Origin: Dehalococcoidia bacterium
GTDB taxonomy: Bacteria; Chloroflexota; Dehalococcoidia; Dehalococcoidales; E44-bin46
DNA: 55,851 nucleotides
Direction: 5' to 3'
Assembly (NCBI GenBank): GCA_004376105.1
Contig: SOKA01000091.1
Location: 1 to 55,851, forward strand
Made by a program: the position numbers and the translations under genes. This document shows positions 8,956 to 17,819 of this stretch, piece after piece. The notes beneath the pieces are model-generated. The model did no database searches and was not told the origin of the DNA. It was given only the letters and a program-made list of their open reading frames with translations. Every line of letters starts with the position of its first letter. Positions within the stretch are counted from its first letter, which is position 1.

Positions 8956-9948
8956 TCAGCGGCCGCGCCGACGCAAGATGTCAGCCGCCACCGCCCCAAC
9001 TATTACTGCCCCTTTTACGATGTACCTGCCAGCGTGACCCATATGCATCACACCCATGGCGTTATTAATAACGCCAATTATTAGAGCCCCCAATACCACC
9101 CCAATCATGTTTCCTCGGCCACCAAATAGACTGACACCACCAATAACAACCGAAGCTATGCTGTCCAGCTCAATACCGCGTAAGGCTTCTGTCGAACCCG
9201 CCATACCACGTGATGTCATTAGCACACCAGCCAGTCCGGCGCACAATGCCGAGATAATAAAGACCGAACGTTGCACATTTTTCACGTTTATGCCGGAGAG
9301 GTAGGCGCTTACTGGATTACCACCAGTGGCATAGACGCGACGACCAAAGCTGGTGTGCATAAGGACAAAATAAGCCACCGCCGCCACCGAGAAAAATATA
9401 ATAGGTGCCGCCGGCAAACTCCCGTAGATAGCAAAACTCCGTGGTAGCTCCATAACGGCTTGGCCTCCGGTTATGTAGAAGGCGACGCCGTAGCCTATTT
9501 GCCACACGCCAAAGGTTACTATCAACGATGGTAGGGCGAGGCGCGAGACTAAGGTGCCACTCAGCAGCCCCCAAGCGGCTGCCACTACCAACATAACTGG
9601 TATTGCCATAAATGGAGAAACCGGGTAGCCGAGAATATTTGTCCACTCCGTGGTCATCATGGCGCTGCCCAGCATCATAGCCATAACTCCCACCCCAGAA
9701 ACCGATAAATCAAAATTAGCGGTTAAGATACAAAAGGCCTGACCTACCGCTGCCACCCCCCGGATTGAGCTCTGTAACACAATATTCGCCATATTAGATG
9801 CGGTGACTGTGCTCCCCCTGGATATAACCCCCAGCACTCCTATCAGTGCTGCCAGAGCAATGCCGATAACAGCGTTTTCGTGGGCTAAGACACGCCTGGC
9901 CACCTCTCGAGCGGTAACAGGTTTTGGTCTTTCTACAACTTCAGCCAT
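8956..9948 (-). CDS. ABC sugar-type permease, paralog of the 7881-8924 gene
   Basis: 330 aa with the same architecture (LTANFDLSVSGV). Both proteins start MAEVVER, and the first 22 nt of the two genes are identical. Confidence 0.85.
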   Translation of the reverse strand: MAEVVERPKPVTAREVARRVLAHENAVIGIALAALIGVLGVISRGSTVTASNMANIVLQSSIRGVAAVGQAFCILTANFDLSVSGVGVMAMMLGSAMMTTEWTNILGYPVSPFMAIPVMLVVAAAWGLLSGTLVSRLALPSLIVTFGVWQIGYGVAFYITGGQAVMELPRSFAIYGSLPAAPIIFFSVAAVAYFVLMHTSFGRRVYATGGNPVSAYLSGINVKNVQRSVFIISALCAGLAGVLMTSRGMAGSTEALRGIELDSIASVVIGGVSLFGGRGNMIGVVLGALIIGVINNAMGVMHMGHAGRYIVKGAVIVGAVAADILRRRGR

Positions 9949-9973
9949 AGTCTATGCCCTTACTAAATTAGTC

Positions 9974-10002
9974 AATATAACCCACTTTTTATTGTTTGTC
10001 AA
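9974..10002 (-). promoter_or_regulatory. Putative promoter of the permease genes
   Basis: Minus strand TTGACA (10002-9997), 17-nt spacer, TATATT (9979-9974). Confidence 0.5.
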
Positions 10003-10118
10003 TAGGCTGAGTCAATTTAGTGGCTAAATGATAGCAATAAGAGCCGGAGGTGGCTATAGAAATCAATAAAAATTCCATACTAAACCTAGTTCCTGTCTTT
10101 CATTCGTTCTCACCCTAA

Positions 10119-10164
10119 ACAAGGGGGAGACTTCTCTCGTTTTGGATTTTAGCCTCCCCCTTGT
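10119..10164 (-). terminator. Long hairpin downstream of the orphan binding-protein gene; possible terminator
   Basis: An 11-bp perfect stem (ACAAGGGGGAG / CTCCCCCTTGT) with a 24-nt loop. The trailing T-tract is weak (TTTAGGG). Confidence 0.35.
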
Positions 10165-10219
10165 CCTAGGCTCCGATTGCTGCTATAACCACTTAACCTA
10201 ATACTGACACCGTCTGGCT

Positions 10220-11590
10220 CTACCGCTCACCCCAAGGTGGTATCGGCAGGACAACCGATGGGGAGTCTAGCTCCCTTCGTCTCTCCGGGTATAACGGCCA
10301 GCGTGTGCCACCGATGTTCTGGCTAACCATACCCACACCGTAGAGGTTTTGCCCTGTCTCATCAAACTCAATCCGGTTAGAACGCATCACCTGCAGAGCT
10401 GGGAGAAACGGCGTGCCATCGGGTAGCTGAATCTTCGCAGTATCGCCACGGGTTACAGCAAGGACGGCCAATGAATATCGGAGATTGCCCCGGAATTCAT
10501 CTAGGTCAAGACTGAACTCCATTCCCTTATAGCCGCCCACTTGAGATACCAGCGAAGGTGGTGTCATTCGCTCAAGGCTCTCTTTAATAATCCAGACTGC
10601 GGCATATCCAGTGCCTATGGAGTAATCCTCCCAGTCCTGACCTATTCTAGCCTTAACCTCGCTGTTAATCCAATCGTAGTAACTCCTTCTTTGCGGCAAG
10701 GGGTCACCGGTTTCGTAACTGAAGCCATACTCATAGGCTGGCTGCGGTAGCGCCTCATAGAAGCGCGCGTCTTCAACACCGCCTCCGCAGGAAAATACTC
10801 CGTAGGGAAAATAGGTTTCCCTCTCCATCATTTCCCGGTACAGAATTATGGCATCATCGGTGTAGTGGCAGCTGAACAATAAATCTGGCTCAGCCGCCTC
10901 TATTGCAGTGAGCTGGGGAACAAAGCTCGTTGCCGTAGCGTCAACAATCTCCTCACCTACTATGTCTATACCAGCCTCCTCGGCTTGGGGCTTAAACGCC
11001 TCAGCTACAGCCACACTAGGCTCATCAGAGACGTACTCCATGAAGCAGGTCTTGGGCGGAGGGAGTCCAGCCTCCTCAGCCGATTTAGTCATGGCATATA
11101 CCATCTGACCAGCCACATCCGAGACGCTACCGACGGTGCGGAAGGTATAGTAGTACCCACGCTCGGTAAGAAGCGGGTCTAGGCTTAGTGGGCAGATGAA
11201 AGGAGTCTCATGCTCCTCAGCTACCTCGCTAACTGCCATAGCCGTTGGCCAGGCACCCAGTAGGAAAATGACCTCCTCCTCGGTAATTAACCGCTCAGCC
11301 TCGGCAGCCGCCCGCTCAGGTGAGCCGCCGTCGTCAGCCACGATAAGCCTCAGGTCCATAGAAAGCATATTCCTGATGCCACCCCACTCATTCATTTGGT
11401 AAGCGCCTACTTCTGCCCCAGTGCTTAGCTTTTTGCCCAGTTCAGCATGGGGACCGCTTAAATCAACGACCATGCCAATAGGCATTTCTGCGGGATACAT
11501 GGGTCGTTCTGGTGGCTTTGGCCTACAACCAGTAGCAATTAGAATAGCCACCATGGCAACTATTAGCAAAGGTATAACAAATTTTTTCAT
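10220..11590 (-). CDS. ABC substrate-binding lipoprotein, Leu/Ile/Val-binding (Peripla_BP_6)-like
   Basis: Lipobox LIATGC, then MPIGMVVDLSGPHAELG...LRLIVADDGGSPERAAAEAERLI, typical of amino-acid/amide-type PBP1 proteins. No cognate permease or ATPase lies next to it. Confidence 0.7.
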   Translation of the reverse strand: MKKFVIPLLIVAMVAILIATGCRPKPPERPMYPAEMPIGMVVDLSGPHAELGKKLSTGAEVGAYQMNEWGGIRNMLSMDLRLIVADDGGSPERAAAEAERLITEEEVIFLLGAWPTAMAVSEVAEEHETPFICPLSLDPLLTERGYYYTFRTVGSVSDVAGQMVYAMTKSAEEAGLPPPKTCFMEYVSDEPSVAVAEAFKPQAEEAGIDIVGEEIVDATATSFVPQLTAIEAAEPDLLFSCHYTDDAIILYREMMERETYFPYGVFSCGGGVEDARFYEALPQPAYEYGFSYETGDPLPQRRSYYDWINSEVKARIGQDWEDYSIGTGYAAVWIIKESLERMTPPSLVSQVGGYKGMEFSLDLDEFRGNLRYSLAVLAVTRGDTAKIQLPDGTPFLPALQVMRSNRIEFDETGQNLYGVGMVSQNIGGTRWPLYPERRRELDSPSVVLPIPPWGER

Positions 11591-11934
11591 CCTTCCCTCC
11601 TCTCCTTAGGAACTCTACACGTCTTTTGTTTCGACAAGGATAAATTCGCCTTCATCTATAATCTTCTGTAGCACTACACCCTTTTACGTAATTTACCCAA
11701 GGAATTTGGTTTCACTGAAAACTAAACTCGGGATAATAAGCTTTATATATGTGAACCGCTCTTGTTGCCGGATTATTTTCTGCTCAAATCAGATATTATT
11801 TAATATCATTTCTTTTAGCTTGTCAACAGGCTTCGGCCAACGCGGTGGCAAAATGACCCTGTTATTTTGCGAGTAAATAATGTCTATCAGTTTTAAAATT
11901 TTCATAAGCTAGATAGCAAATTGTGCAAAAAAAG

Positions 11935-12016
11935 TGGGGAAGGGGGGATTTGAACCCCCACGCCTTGCGGCACATGATCCTAAGTCATGCTCGTCTGCCA
12001 GTTCCGACACTTCCCC
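11935..12016 (-). tRNA. tRNA-Leu (anticodon TAG)
   Basis: The minus strand folds as GGGGAAG-TG-...-CATGA-CTTAGGA-TCATG-long variable arm-GGGGG-TTCAAAT-CCCCC-CTTCCCC-A. This is a cloverleaf with a type II variable arm. Confidence 0.9.
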
Positions 12017-12166
12017 GGTACAAAATCTCCTAAATACTATAGCATTTTACCAAACCTGTCTCAAGTCATTTGTGGGCAACCATGAGCTAACAGTGGCTAT
12101 ATTGACAAAGACCAGAATTGAGACTAGGATTTGTGTTTGAAAGATATTTCCTCTACTGTTAACAGG

Positions 12167-12568
12167 ATGTACTATTTTGGCTATGGCTCTAATCTAAACC
12201 GAAAGCAGATGCTAGAACGCTGCCCAGACAGCAAGCCTAAGTTTATAGCCACCCTTCATAATTATAAGTTGGTATTTGTCGGATGGTCTAGGCAATGGCG
12301 AGGTGGAGTCGCCAGCATCAGGCCTTTTAGAGGGGAGAGGGTTCTCGGGGCTATTTATGAAATTTCGGACAGAGACTTAAGACGACTGGATAGCTACCAA
12401 GGTTATCCTGGTAACTATAACAGATTGAATGTCACCGTATTTAATGAAAATGGTGACCCCATAGAAGCCATAACCTATATCAAGGCTAGGCAATCAGAAG
12501 AAACACAGCCTTCGCCGGAGTATCTATCTGTTATTCAGCAGGGCTGTAGAGATTGGAGAATCATCTGA
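12167..12568 (+). CDS. Gamma-glutamylcyclotransferase (AIG2/GGCT-like) family protein
   Basis: MYYFGYGSNLNRKQMLERCP is the GGCT N-terminal motif. I prefer the ATG at 12167 over the TTG at 12131 given in the ORF track. Confidence 0.75.
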   Translation: MYYFGYGSNLNRKQMLERCPDSKPKFIATLHNYKLVFVGWSRQWRGGVASIRPFRGERVLGAIYEISDRDLRRLDSYQGYPGNYNRLNVTVFNENGDPIEAITYIKARQSEETQPSPEYLSVIQQGCRDWRII

Positions 12569-12601
12569 TTTTGTTCCGTCATAAAAACAAGGAGGTGGAT
12601 T

Positions 12602-12919
12602 ATGGCTTTCAAAGCAGGATTTGTTGCCACGGCACCTGATGCTGACCCCAAGAGGCATAGAGCTTCAATCAAGACCTCTAAGTTTGAACTTACCGTAGTA
12701 GTAGTTGAGTCGGGTAACCTTGACCAAGCAGTTGAGGTATGCCAGGAGCTAGTTCGAAATGAAGGGGTCCAATCCTTTATCCTCTGCCCCGGTTTCTCAC
12801 ACCAAGCGGTGGCGAAGGTTGCAAATGCCGTCGGTAAAGGAGTTCCAATAAATGTAGCCAGGGGTGATACACGGAGCACAATGGTGGCAAGCAGGATCTT
12901 GAAACAAGAAGGGTGGTAA
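12602..12919 (+). CDS. Conserved hypothetical small protein (105 aa)
   Basis: Strong RBS AAGGAGGTG 5 nt upstream of the ATG. I recognise no catalytic motif. Confidence 0.6.
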   Translation: MAFKAGFVATAPDADPKRHRASIKTSKFELTVVVVESGNLDQAVEVCQELVRNEGVQSFILCPGFSHQAVAKVANAVGKGVPINVARGDTRSTMVASRILKQEGW

Positions 12920-12998
12920 CCAAGACATTAAGGCTGACAGGATCGGCTGAACATTGCCTCACCCAACAAAGGATTGTAGCTTACTTCATTCGCAGGGG

Positions 12999-13286
12999 CT
13001 ACCCCAGGATTCTATCCACCTCCTCCGCATCTAAGTCTGAGACGAGTGGAATACCGCTAACTCTAGCGGCCTCTGGAGTCAGGGCAACGATGTAGCCTCG
13101 CTTCTTGAGGAGCTGTGCCTTCTCAAGGCTTTTGATTTTGACCTCACCGCCTATGTCCTTTGCCCCCTGTCCCCATTTTAGTTCGACTGCCTCGACTCCA
13201 AGTTTATCAATAGCATACTCCTGTGCACCAAGCCTGGTATCCTCAACATTTGCCTGCTCTGTGTTGCTCGCCGATAGTTTTGCCAT
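12999..13286 (-). pseudogene. Possible remnant of an FMN-dependent glutamate-synthase-like gene (95-aa ORF)
   Basis: The segment VELKWGQGAKDIGGEVKI resembles the GQGAKPGxGG motif of the GltS FMN domain. The ORF is far too short for that family. This call is tentative. Confidence 0.3.
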
Positions 13287-13340
13287 ACTATATGTAATAC
13301 TGGCGAGGAGTTTTCTATACCAATCTTTATCAATGACAAA

Positions 13341-14588
13341 CTAGACCCAACCACGAAGCTTCATTGCTTCAACCACACGTTCAACAGCAATCACATAGGC
13401 AGCCTGTCGCATGTTTATGTTATATTTTTTGGAAGTATTTAGTACTGAGTGATAAGCAAAACTCATTCTCTTATCTAAACGTTCATGAATTTCTTTTTCA
13501 TCCCAATAATACATGTAGAAGTTCTGCACCATCTCAAAATAGGAACAGGTTACCCCGCCGGCATTACATAAGAAATCAGGTATCACGTGAACACCATTTT
13601 TACACAGAATATCATCTGCCTCCGGTATAGTTGGGCCATTAGCCAGCTCAGCGACGATTTTAGCCTTAATGTTTGAGGCGTTCTTATCAGTGATAACATT
13701 TTCTAGAGCAGCAGGAAAGAGTATATCCACTTCAAGTTCTAGAAGCTCTTCATTAGAAATAAGTTTAGCGCCTGGGAAATTGATTACTGAGCCGGTTTTG
13801 GCCTTGTGTTCACGAACTGCCTCTGGTTGTAGCCCTTCCTTGCTGAATATACCCCCTTTACTATCACTAACAGCTACTATTTTGCAGCCAAGGAGGGTTT
13901 TGCATAGTAAAGCAGCATTATACCCAGCATTCCCATAGCCTTGTATGGCAACTGTGGCTTCTTTAAGGTTTATGTTGCATTCTTTGGCTGCTTCACGAAC
14001 AGTGTATAAGCCACCTCGCGCAGTTGCATCAGAACGCCCTGCCGAACCACCTAAGCAAGGCGGTTTGCCAGTAATGACACCAAATTGACTCTTCCCGACA
14101 ATCTTTGAATACTCATCTGCCATCCAAGCCATAATTTTCGGGTTTGTATAGACATCAGGAGCAGGAATATCTTTGTCAGGGCCAATAAATTGCCTTACCC
14201 CTTGTATATATGCTCGACTTAAGCGTTCTAATTCACCTTGAGACATTTTTGTAGGATTACAGACGACACCGCCCTTTGCTCCTCCCAAAGGTAAGTCAAG
14301 TAAGGAACACTTCCATGTCATCCAAGCAGCAAGTGCTCGAACAGTATCGATAGTTTCATCAGGATGGAATCGAATTCCTCCCTTCATTGGACCTCTGGCA
14401 TCATTGTACTGAACCCGGTATCCTTGAAATACTTTGATAGAACCATCATCCATGCGGATCGGTAATGATACATGAAGCTCACGCATCGGAACTCCGAGGA
14501 TGGCACGTATATCAGGATCTAATTTGAGTATCTCGGCACATTTATCTAACTGTTTTTGTACAACTTCAAACGGGTTGAGTTTTACCAT
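13341..14588 (-). CDS. gdhA: Glutamate dehydrogenase
   Basis: [15 protein letters not shown] and the GYGNAG Rossmann motif. The start is placed at MVKLNPF (GGAGG 8 nt upstream) rather than the upstream ATG of the ORF track. Confidence 0.9.
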   Translation of the reverse strand: MVKLNPFEVVQKQLDKCAEILKLDPDIRAILGVPMRELHVSLPIRMDDGSIKVFQGYRVQYNDARGPMKGGIRFHPDETIDTVRALAAWMTWKCSLLDLPLGGAKGGVVCNPTKMSQGELERLSRAYIQGVRQFIGPDKDIPAPDVYTNPKIMAWMADEYSKIVGKSQFGVITGKPPCLGGSAGRSDATARGGLYTVREAAKECNINLKEATVAIQGYGNAGYNAALLCKTLLGCKIVAVSDSKGGIFSKEGLQPEAVREHKAKTGSVINFPGAKLISNEELLELEVDILFPAALENVITDKNASNIKAKIVAELANGPTIPEADDILCKNGVHVIPDFLCNAGGVTCSYFEMVQNFYMYYWDEKEIHERLDKRMSFAYHSVLNTSKKYNINMRQAAYVIAVERVVEAMKLRGWV

Positions 14589-14691
14589 CTTTATTACCTC
14601 CATTTCTGATTTCAACCTAGGTTTTTTCTAGCTCAAATAAGGAACTTAGGCTAGCCAGAGGCAGAAATGCTACCTGTAGCCTCACTGGAGA

Positions 14692-15462
14692 CTATATTTT
14701 AATAGGTATTCCCCTTTCTTTGAGGTACTTTTTAGCTTGCGAAATTGAGATTTCACCGAAATGGAAAATTGAAGCCGCTAAAACCGCAGACGCTTTGCCT
14801 ATTACCACAGCTTCATATAGGTGCTCCAGCTTTCCCGCACCTCCTGAAGCGGTAACTGGAATGCCGACGGCTTCGGCTACTGCTTTGGTCATCTCTAAAT
14901 CATAGCCTTCCTTGGTTCCATCGGCATCCTTGCTGGTGAGCAAAATCTCCCCCGCCCCCAGTTCCTCTACCCTCTTCGCCCAGTCGACAATCTCTATACC
15001 GGTGGACTCACTGCCGCTCTTAACCACTACTTCGAGTCGGGGAAGACCACTATCTGGTGGATTCTTCCTGCCATCAATAGCAACAACAAGCCTGTCCTTG
15101 CCAATTTCTCTAGCTGCTCTTCCTATAAGCTCAGGGTTCCTGACAGCCGCTGTATTTATAGAGACCTTGTCCACACCAAGGTCAAGTAATGCCTTCATAT
15201 CCTCAATACTGGCTATGCCGCCACCTACAGCAAAGGGAATAGTAGTCACATCGCGAACCTTTTTGACCCACTCTAGCCTAGTCTTTCTATTTTCTACAGT
15301 GGCGAAGATATCAAGGAAAACAAGCTCATCAGCACCCTGGCGACAATAGGCCTCTGCCGCCTCCACAGGGTCACGAGCATCCCTCAGGTTGACAAATTTT
15401 ACCCCTTTGACCACTCTGCCGTCCTTGACATCCAGACAGGGTATAATCTTTACCTCTTTCAT
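14692..15462 (-). CDS. hisF: Imidazole glycerol phosphate synthase cyclase subunit HisF
   Basis: KIIPCLDVKDGRVVKG, LTSKDADGTKEGYD, ASGGAG and AASIFHF. The start at MKEVK lies 1 nt after the nrpR stop codon. Confidence 0.9.
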   Translation of the reverse strand: MKEVKIIPCLDVKDGRVVKGVKFVNLRDARDPVEAAEAYCRQGADELVFLDIFATVENRKTRLEWVKKVRDVTTIPFAVGGGIASIEDMKALLDLGVDKVSINTAAVRNPELIGRAAREIGKDRLVVAIDGRKNPPDSGLPRLEVVVKSGSESTGIEIVDWAKRVEELGAGEILLTSKDADGTKEGYDLEMTKAVAEAVGIPVTASGGAGKLEHLYEAVVIGKASAVLAASIFHFGEISISQAKKYLKERGIPIKI

Positions 15463-15463
15463 C

Positions 15464-16459
15464 TCACAGCTTCTCAAATTTGATTAAATCTTGGTATTCC
15501 ATAACAGTACTCATGGCATGATTCTCGGCTTCAATACCGGCTTCCTCAGCAGCAGCCACAGGATTCAAACCACCGAGGAGAATTATCCCAACCCGATTAA
15601 GCTCCACCGGGATTTCGCATACTGGTTCACTGGTATTTCCCATTACCAACACACCTCCCAGTCCAGCCTCCTTGAGTTTGGCTACTACCTCCTCAGCTAT
15701 GGGTCGGCAGAGCTCCGGTATCTCACGAAAGTTGGCTAGTATTTTCCCGTTACCCTTTTTGGCTACTTCGGTGACAGAGGTCATCTTGGCTCTGATGAAT
15801 ACCTCCGAAGGGTCTGACGATGAGCCAGCATAGTGAATGAGTTCCACAAAGCGAAGGGGCTTATGATTTCGAATCTGAAGGATGCCACCGAACCTTGAGT
15901 CCATAGGGACACCAGCCTTAAGTAAAGCGCCATTTACCACGATGCTGCAAACTGTAGCCAATGCTATCTTACCCCTGGGAACGATTAACTCACCAAGCAT
16001 CTGGCCTTCTTGGGCTAGTGCCACTAATTCACTAACGCAAAGCCCAGCTGAGAAGATAGGCTTCATTACTTGCAATGCCTTCTCGAAATCTTTTTCTGGG
16101 AAAAAGGAGACGTTGACTGGAACCCAACCAGTGTGCCTATGCAAACCAAAATTGGTGCGGAAGGCAAGTAGCTCAATTTTTGAGATAACGAAGCCAACTT
16201 TATCTCCGACTAGGGCGCTCTTTAGTTCTTCAATCCCTGACTCTGTAATCAGTCTGCCATCCCTCCCCACAAGTCGGGTTAGACCTCGCTCATCCATTAG
16301 TTTGAGATGATATCTCACCGCTCTTTCGCCTAGTTCAACTCCAAGGTCTTTCAATCGGCGGGCAACAACCCTGGCTCCCAGTGCTTCTTGGGAATCACTC
16401 AAGATCTTCAGGATGGAAAGGACCTTTCTCTCAACCTCATGACTATTATAGCCTATCAT
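15464..16459 (-). CDS. nrpR: NrpR-like nitrogen regulatory repressor (winged HTH plus one DUF128/NrpR domain)
   Basis: The N-terminus ILKILSDSQEALGARVVARRLKDLGVELGERAVRYHLKLMDERGLT..GRLITESG..FVISKIE closely follows the methanogen NrpR pattern. Confidence 0.8.
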   Translation of the reverse strand: MIGYNSHEVERKVLSILKILSDSQEALGARVVARRLKDLGVELGERAVRYHLKLMDERGLTRLVGRDGRLITESGIEELKSALVGDKVGFVISKIELLAFRTNFGLHRHTGWVPVNVSFFPEKDFEKALQVMKPIFSAGLCVSELVALAQEGQMLGELIVPRGKIALATVCSIVVNGALLKAGVPMDSRFGGILQIRNHKPLRFVELIHYAGSSSDPSEVFIRAKMTSVTEVAKKGNGKILANFREIPELCRPIAEEVVAKLKEAGLGGVLVMGNTSEPVCEIPVELNRVGIILLGGLNPVAAAEEAGIEAENHAMSTVMEYQDLIKFEKL

Positions 16460-16475
16460 TGGTCAGCTCAATTGT

Positions 16476-16496
16476 GGAAATAGGTAACCGTTTTCC
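16476..16496 (-). promoter_or_regulatory. Inverted repeat GGAAA-N11-TTTCC; candidate NrpR operator
   Basis: Minus strand GGAAAACGGTTACCTATTTCC, with 8 of 10 positions palindromic. It lies immediately downstream of the putative -10 box of the nrpR promoter. Confidence 0.35.
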
Positions 16497-16497
16497 T

Positions 16498-16526
16498 AGC
16501 TTATCACGTTAGTATGTCTTTGTCAA
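16498..16526 (-). promoter_or_regulatory. Putative promoter of nrpR-hisF-gdhA
   Basis: Minus strand TTGACA (16526-16521), 17-nt spacer, TAAGCT (16503-16498). Confidence 0.4.
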
Positions 16527-16582
16527 CCCCTGGGCTCTTCCGCCCGCACTGAGAAGCAATTTATTCCGGAGGAGAGCCATCT

Positions 16583-16625
16583 CAGGCAAAAGAAACGCCT
16601 GAGGTCTTATATCGAACCTCAGGCG
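16583..16625 (-). terminator. Intrinsic terminator downstream of the Lrp-family gene
   Basis: Stem CGCCTGAGGT / ACCTCAGGCG (10 bp) followed on the minus strand by TTTCTTTTG. Confidence 0.6.
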
Positions 16626-16965
16626 TAAAGATTTCAGTATGGTGGAGACAGGGGAGAGTCAAACTACACTCACACCAAAAATTAAAACCTTGGCTGCCAG
16701 CTCACGCATCTTGTTAACGTCTATAACTGATTCCGTCTCGTCTAGCTTCTCCCCTAGAACCTTGATTTGCTCAAGGGCAACCTCGCTCCTTGAACCTAGG
16801 GCTTCTGTCTCCTCCTCTGTGTCCTCTATCTCAATCCTCAAGGCTTCCAGTTCTAGGTTCGTTTCCTTCTTCTTAGTTAGGAGGTCAAATTCCTCTTCAA
16901 TGGACAGCTTGCCTTTAGCCTTTTTAGCTTTTCCACCAGTGACTTTACCGGCCTACTATGGTCCA

Positions 16966-17469
16966 CTACCTTTTCTTCTGTTCCTCCCCAAGCAAGAAAC
17001 TGTCGAGGTCACTAACGAGTTGGGTAGTATCTGCTCCTGACCACGCCCCTTTGATAACGTCCAGGTTTACAAAGGTTTCCGTTCTTAAAACGCTGGGGAT
17101 GGTAGAGATTTCCTTTTCAATAAAGTTAGAGAGTTCTTTATGTGACCGGGCCACGACGAGGGCCATAAGGTCATACCTGCCAGCGACAAAGGCTAGGTGG
17201 CATACGTTCGCCTTCTTAGCTAGAGCATCCGCTACCTTTCTCAAGTCTACCATCTTAACCTGCATCCCTATAATGCTCATCAACGTGTAACCTAGCTCAC
17301 TCACATTCGGTACGGCAACTATTTTCATCATACCCCTATCCACAAGGTTTCTAACCCTCTTCCTTACCGTGCCCTCAGTTATTCCCAGCTTACTAGCCAG
17401 CTCTGTATAGCTCTTTCTTCCGTCTTTTTGCAGCTCCTCTATCAGTTTCCGATCGAGTTTGTCGATCAT
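16966..17469 (-). CDS. Lrp/AsnC family transcriptional regulator
   Basis: MIDKLDRKLIEELQKDGRKSYTELASKLGITEGTVRKRV (HTH) plus a C-terminal RAM/AsnC_trans_reg domain. The start is placed at MIDKL. Confidence 0.85.
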   Translation of the reverse strand: MIDKLDRKLIEELQKDGRKSYTELASKLGITEGTVRKRVRNLVDRGMMKIVAVPNVSELGYTLMSIIGMQVKMVDLRKVADALAKKANVCHLAFVAGRYDLMALVVARSHKELSNFIEKEISTIPSVLRTETFVNLDVIKGAWSGADTTQLVSDLDSFLLGEEQKKR

Positions 17470-17655
17470 GTCAACCTCACAGTAAGCACTTAGCATTATT
17501 ACATCACATTGTATTGTATCGCAATTTTACGATTTTGTGAAGGCCTTTCACGAAGGAACTGCGATAGACCCGAATTACCGGTTCCATTTGGCAATCTGTC
17601 GGAGTCCAGCCCAATGGTTGAGTAAGGTTTTCCCTAACATGAAGCGATAAATAGC

Positions 17656-17683
17656 TTGACAAATACGAATTCTGCGCTATAAT
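17656..17683 (+). promoter_or_regulatory. Near-consensus promoter for the D-aminoacylase cluster
   Basis: TTGACA (17656-17661), 16-nt spacer, TATAAT (17678-17683), leaving a leader of about 130 nt. Confidence 0.6.
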
Positions 17684-17819
17684 ATGGTCAATTAGCCGAT
17701 TTCCGTAAAAATATTGTGTCGAAAAGGGGAGCTATTTTGGAGAAGCGCCCGAGTGAAGGCTCAGGTAGTTGGGCATTATTGTTCAACGCTTCTTCGGTGA
17801 GTTTTAGAGGTTGTAGGTT

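Noticed and set aside
11934-12140. 68-aa plus-strand ORF
   Set aside because: It overlaps tRNA-Leu(TAG) on the opposite strand, and its translation derives from tRNA sequence.
14616-14691. hisF-gdhA intergenic region checked for an NrpR operator (GGAA-N6-TTCC) or terminator
   Set aside because: Only a weak imperfect hairpin (CCAGAGGC...GCCTCACTGG) is present, with no GGAA-N6-TTCC match. It is insufficient to call.
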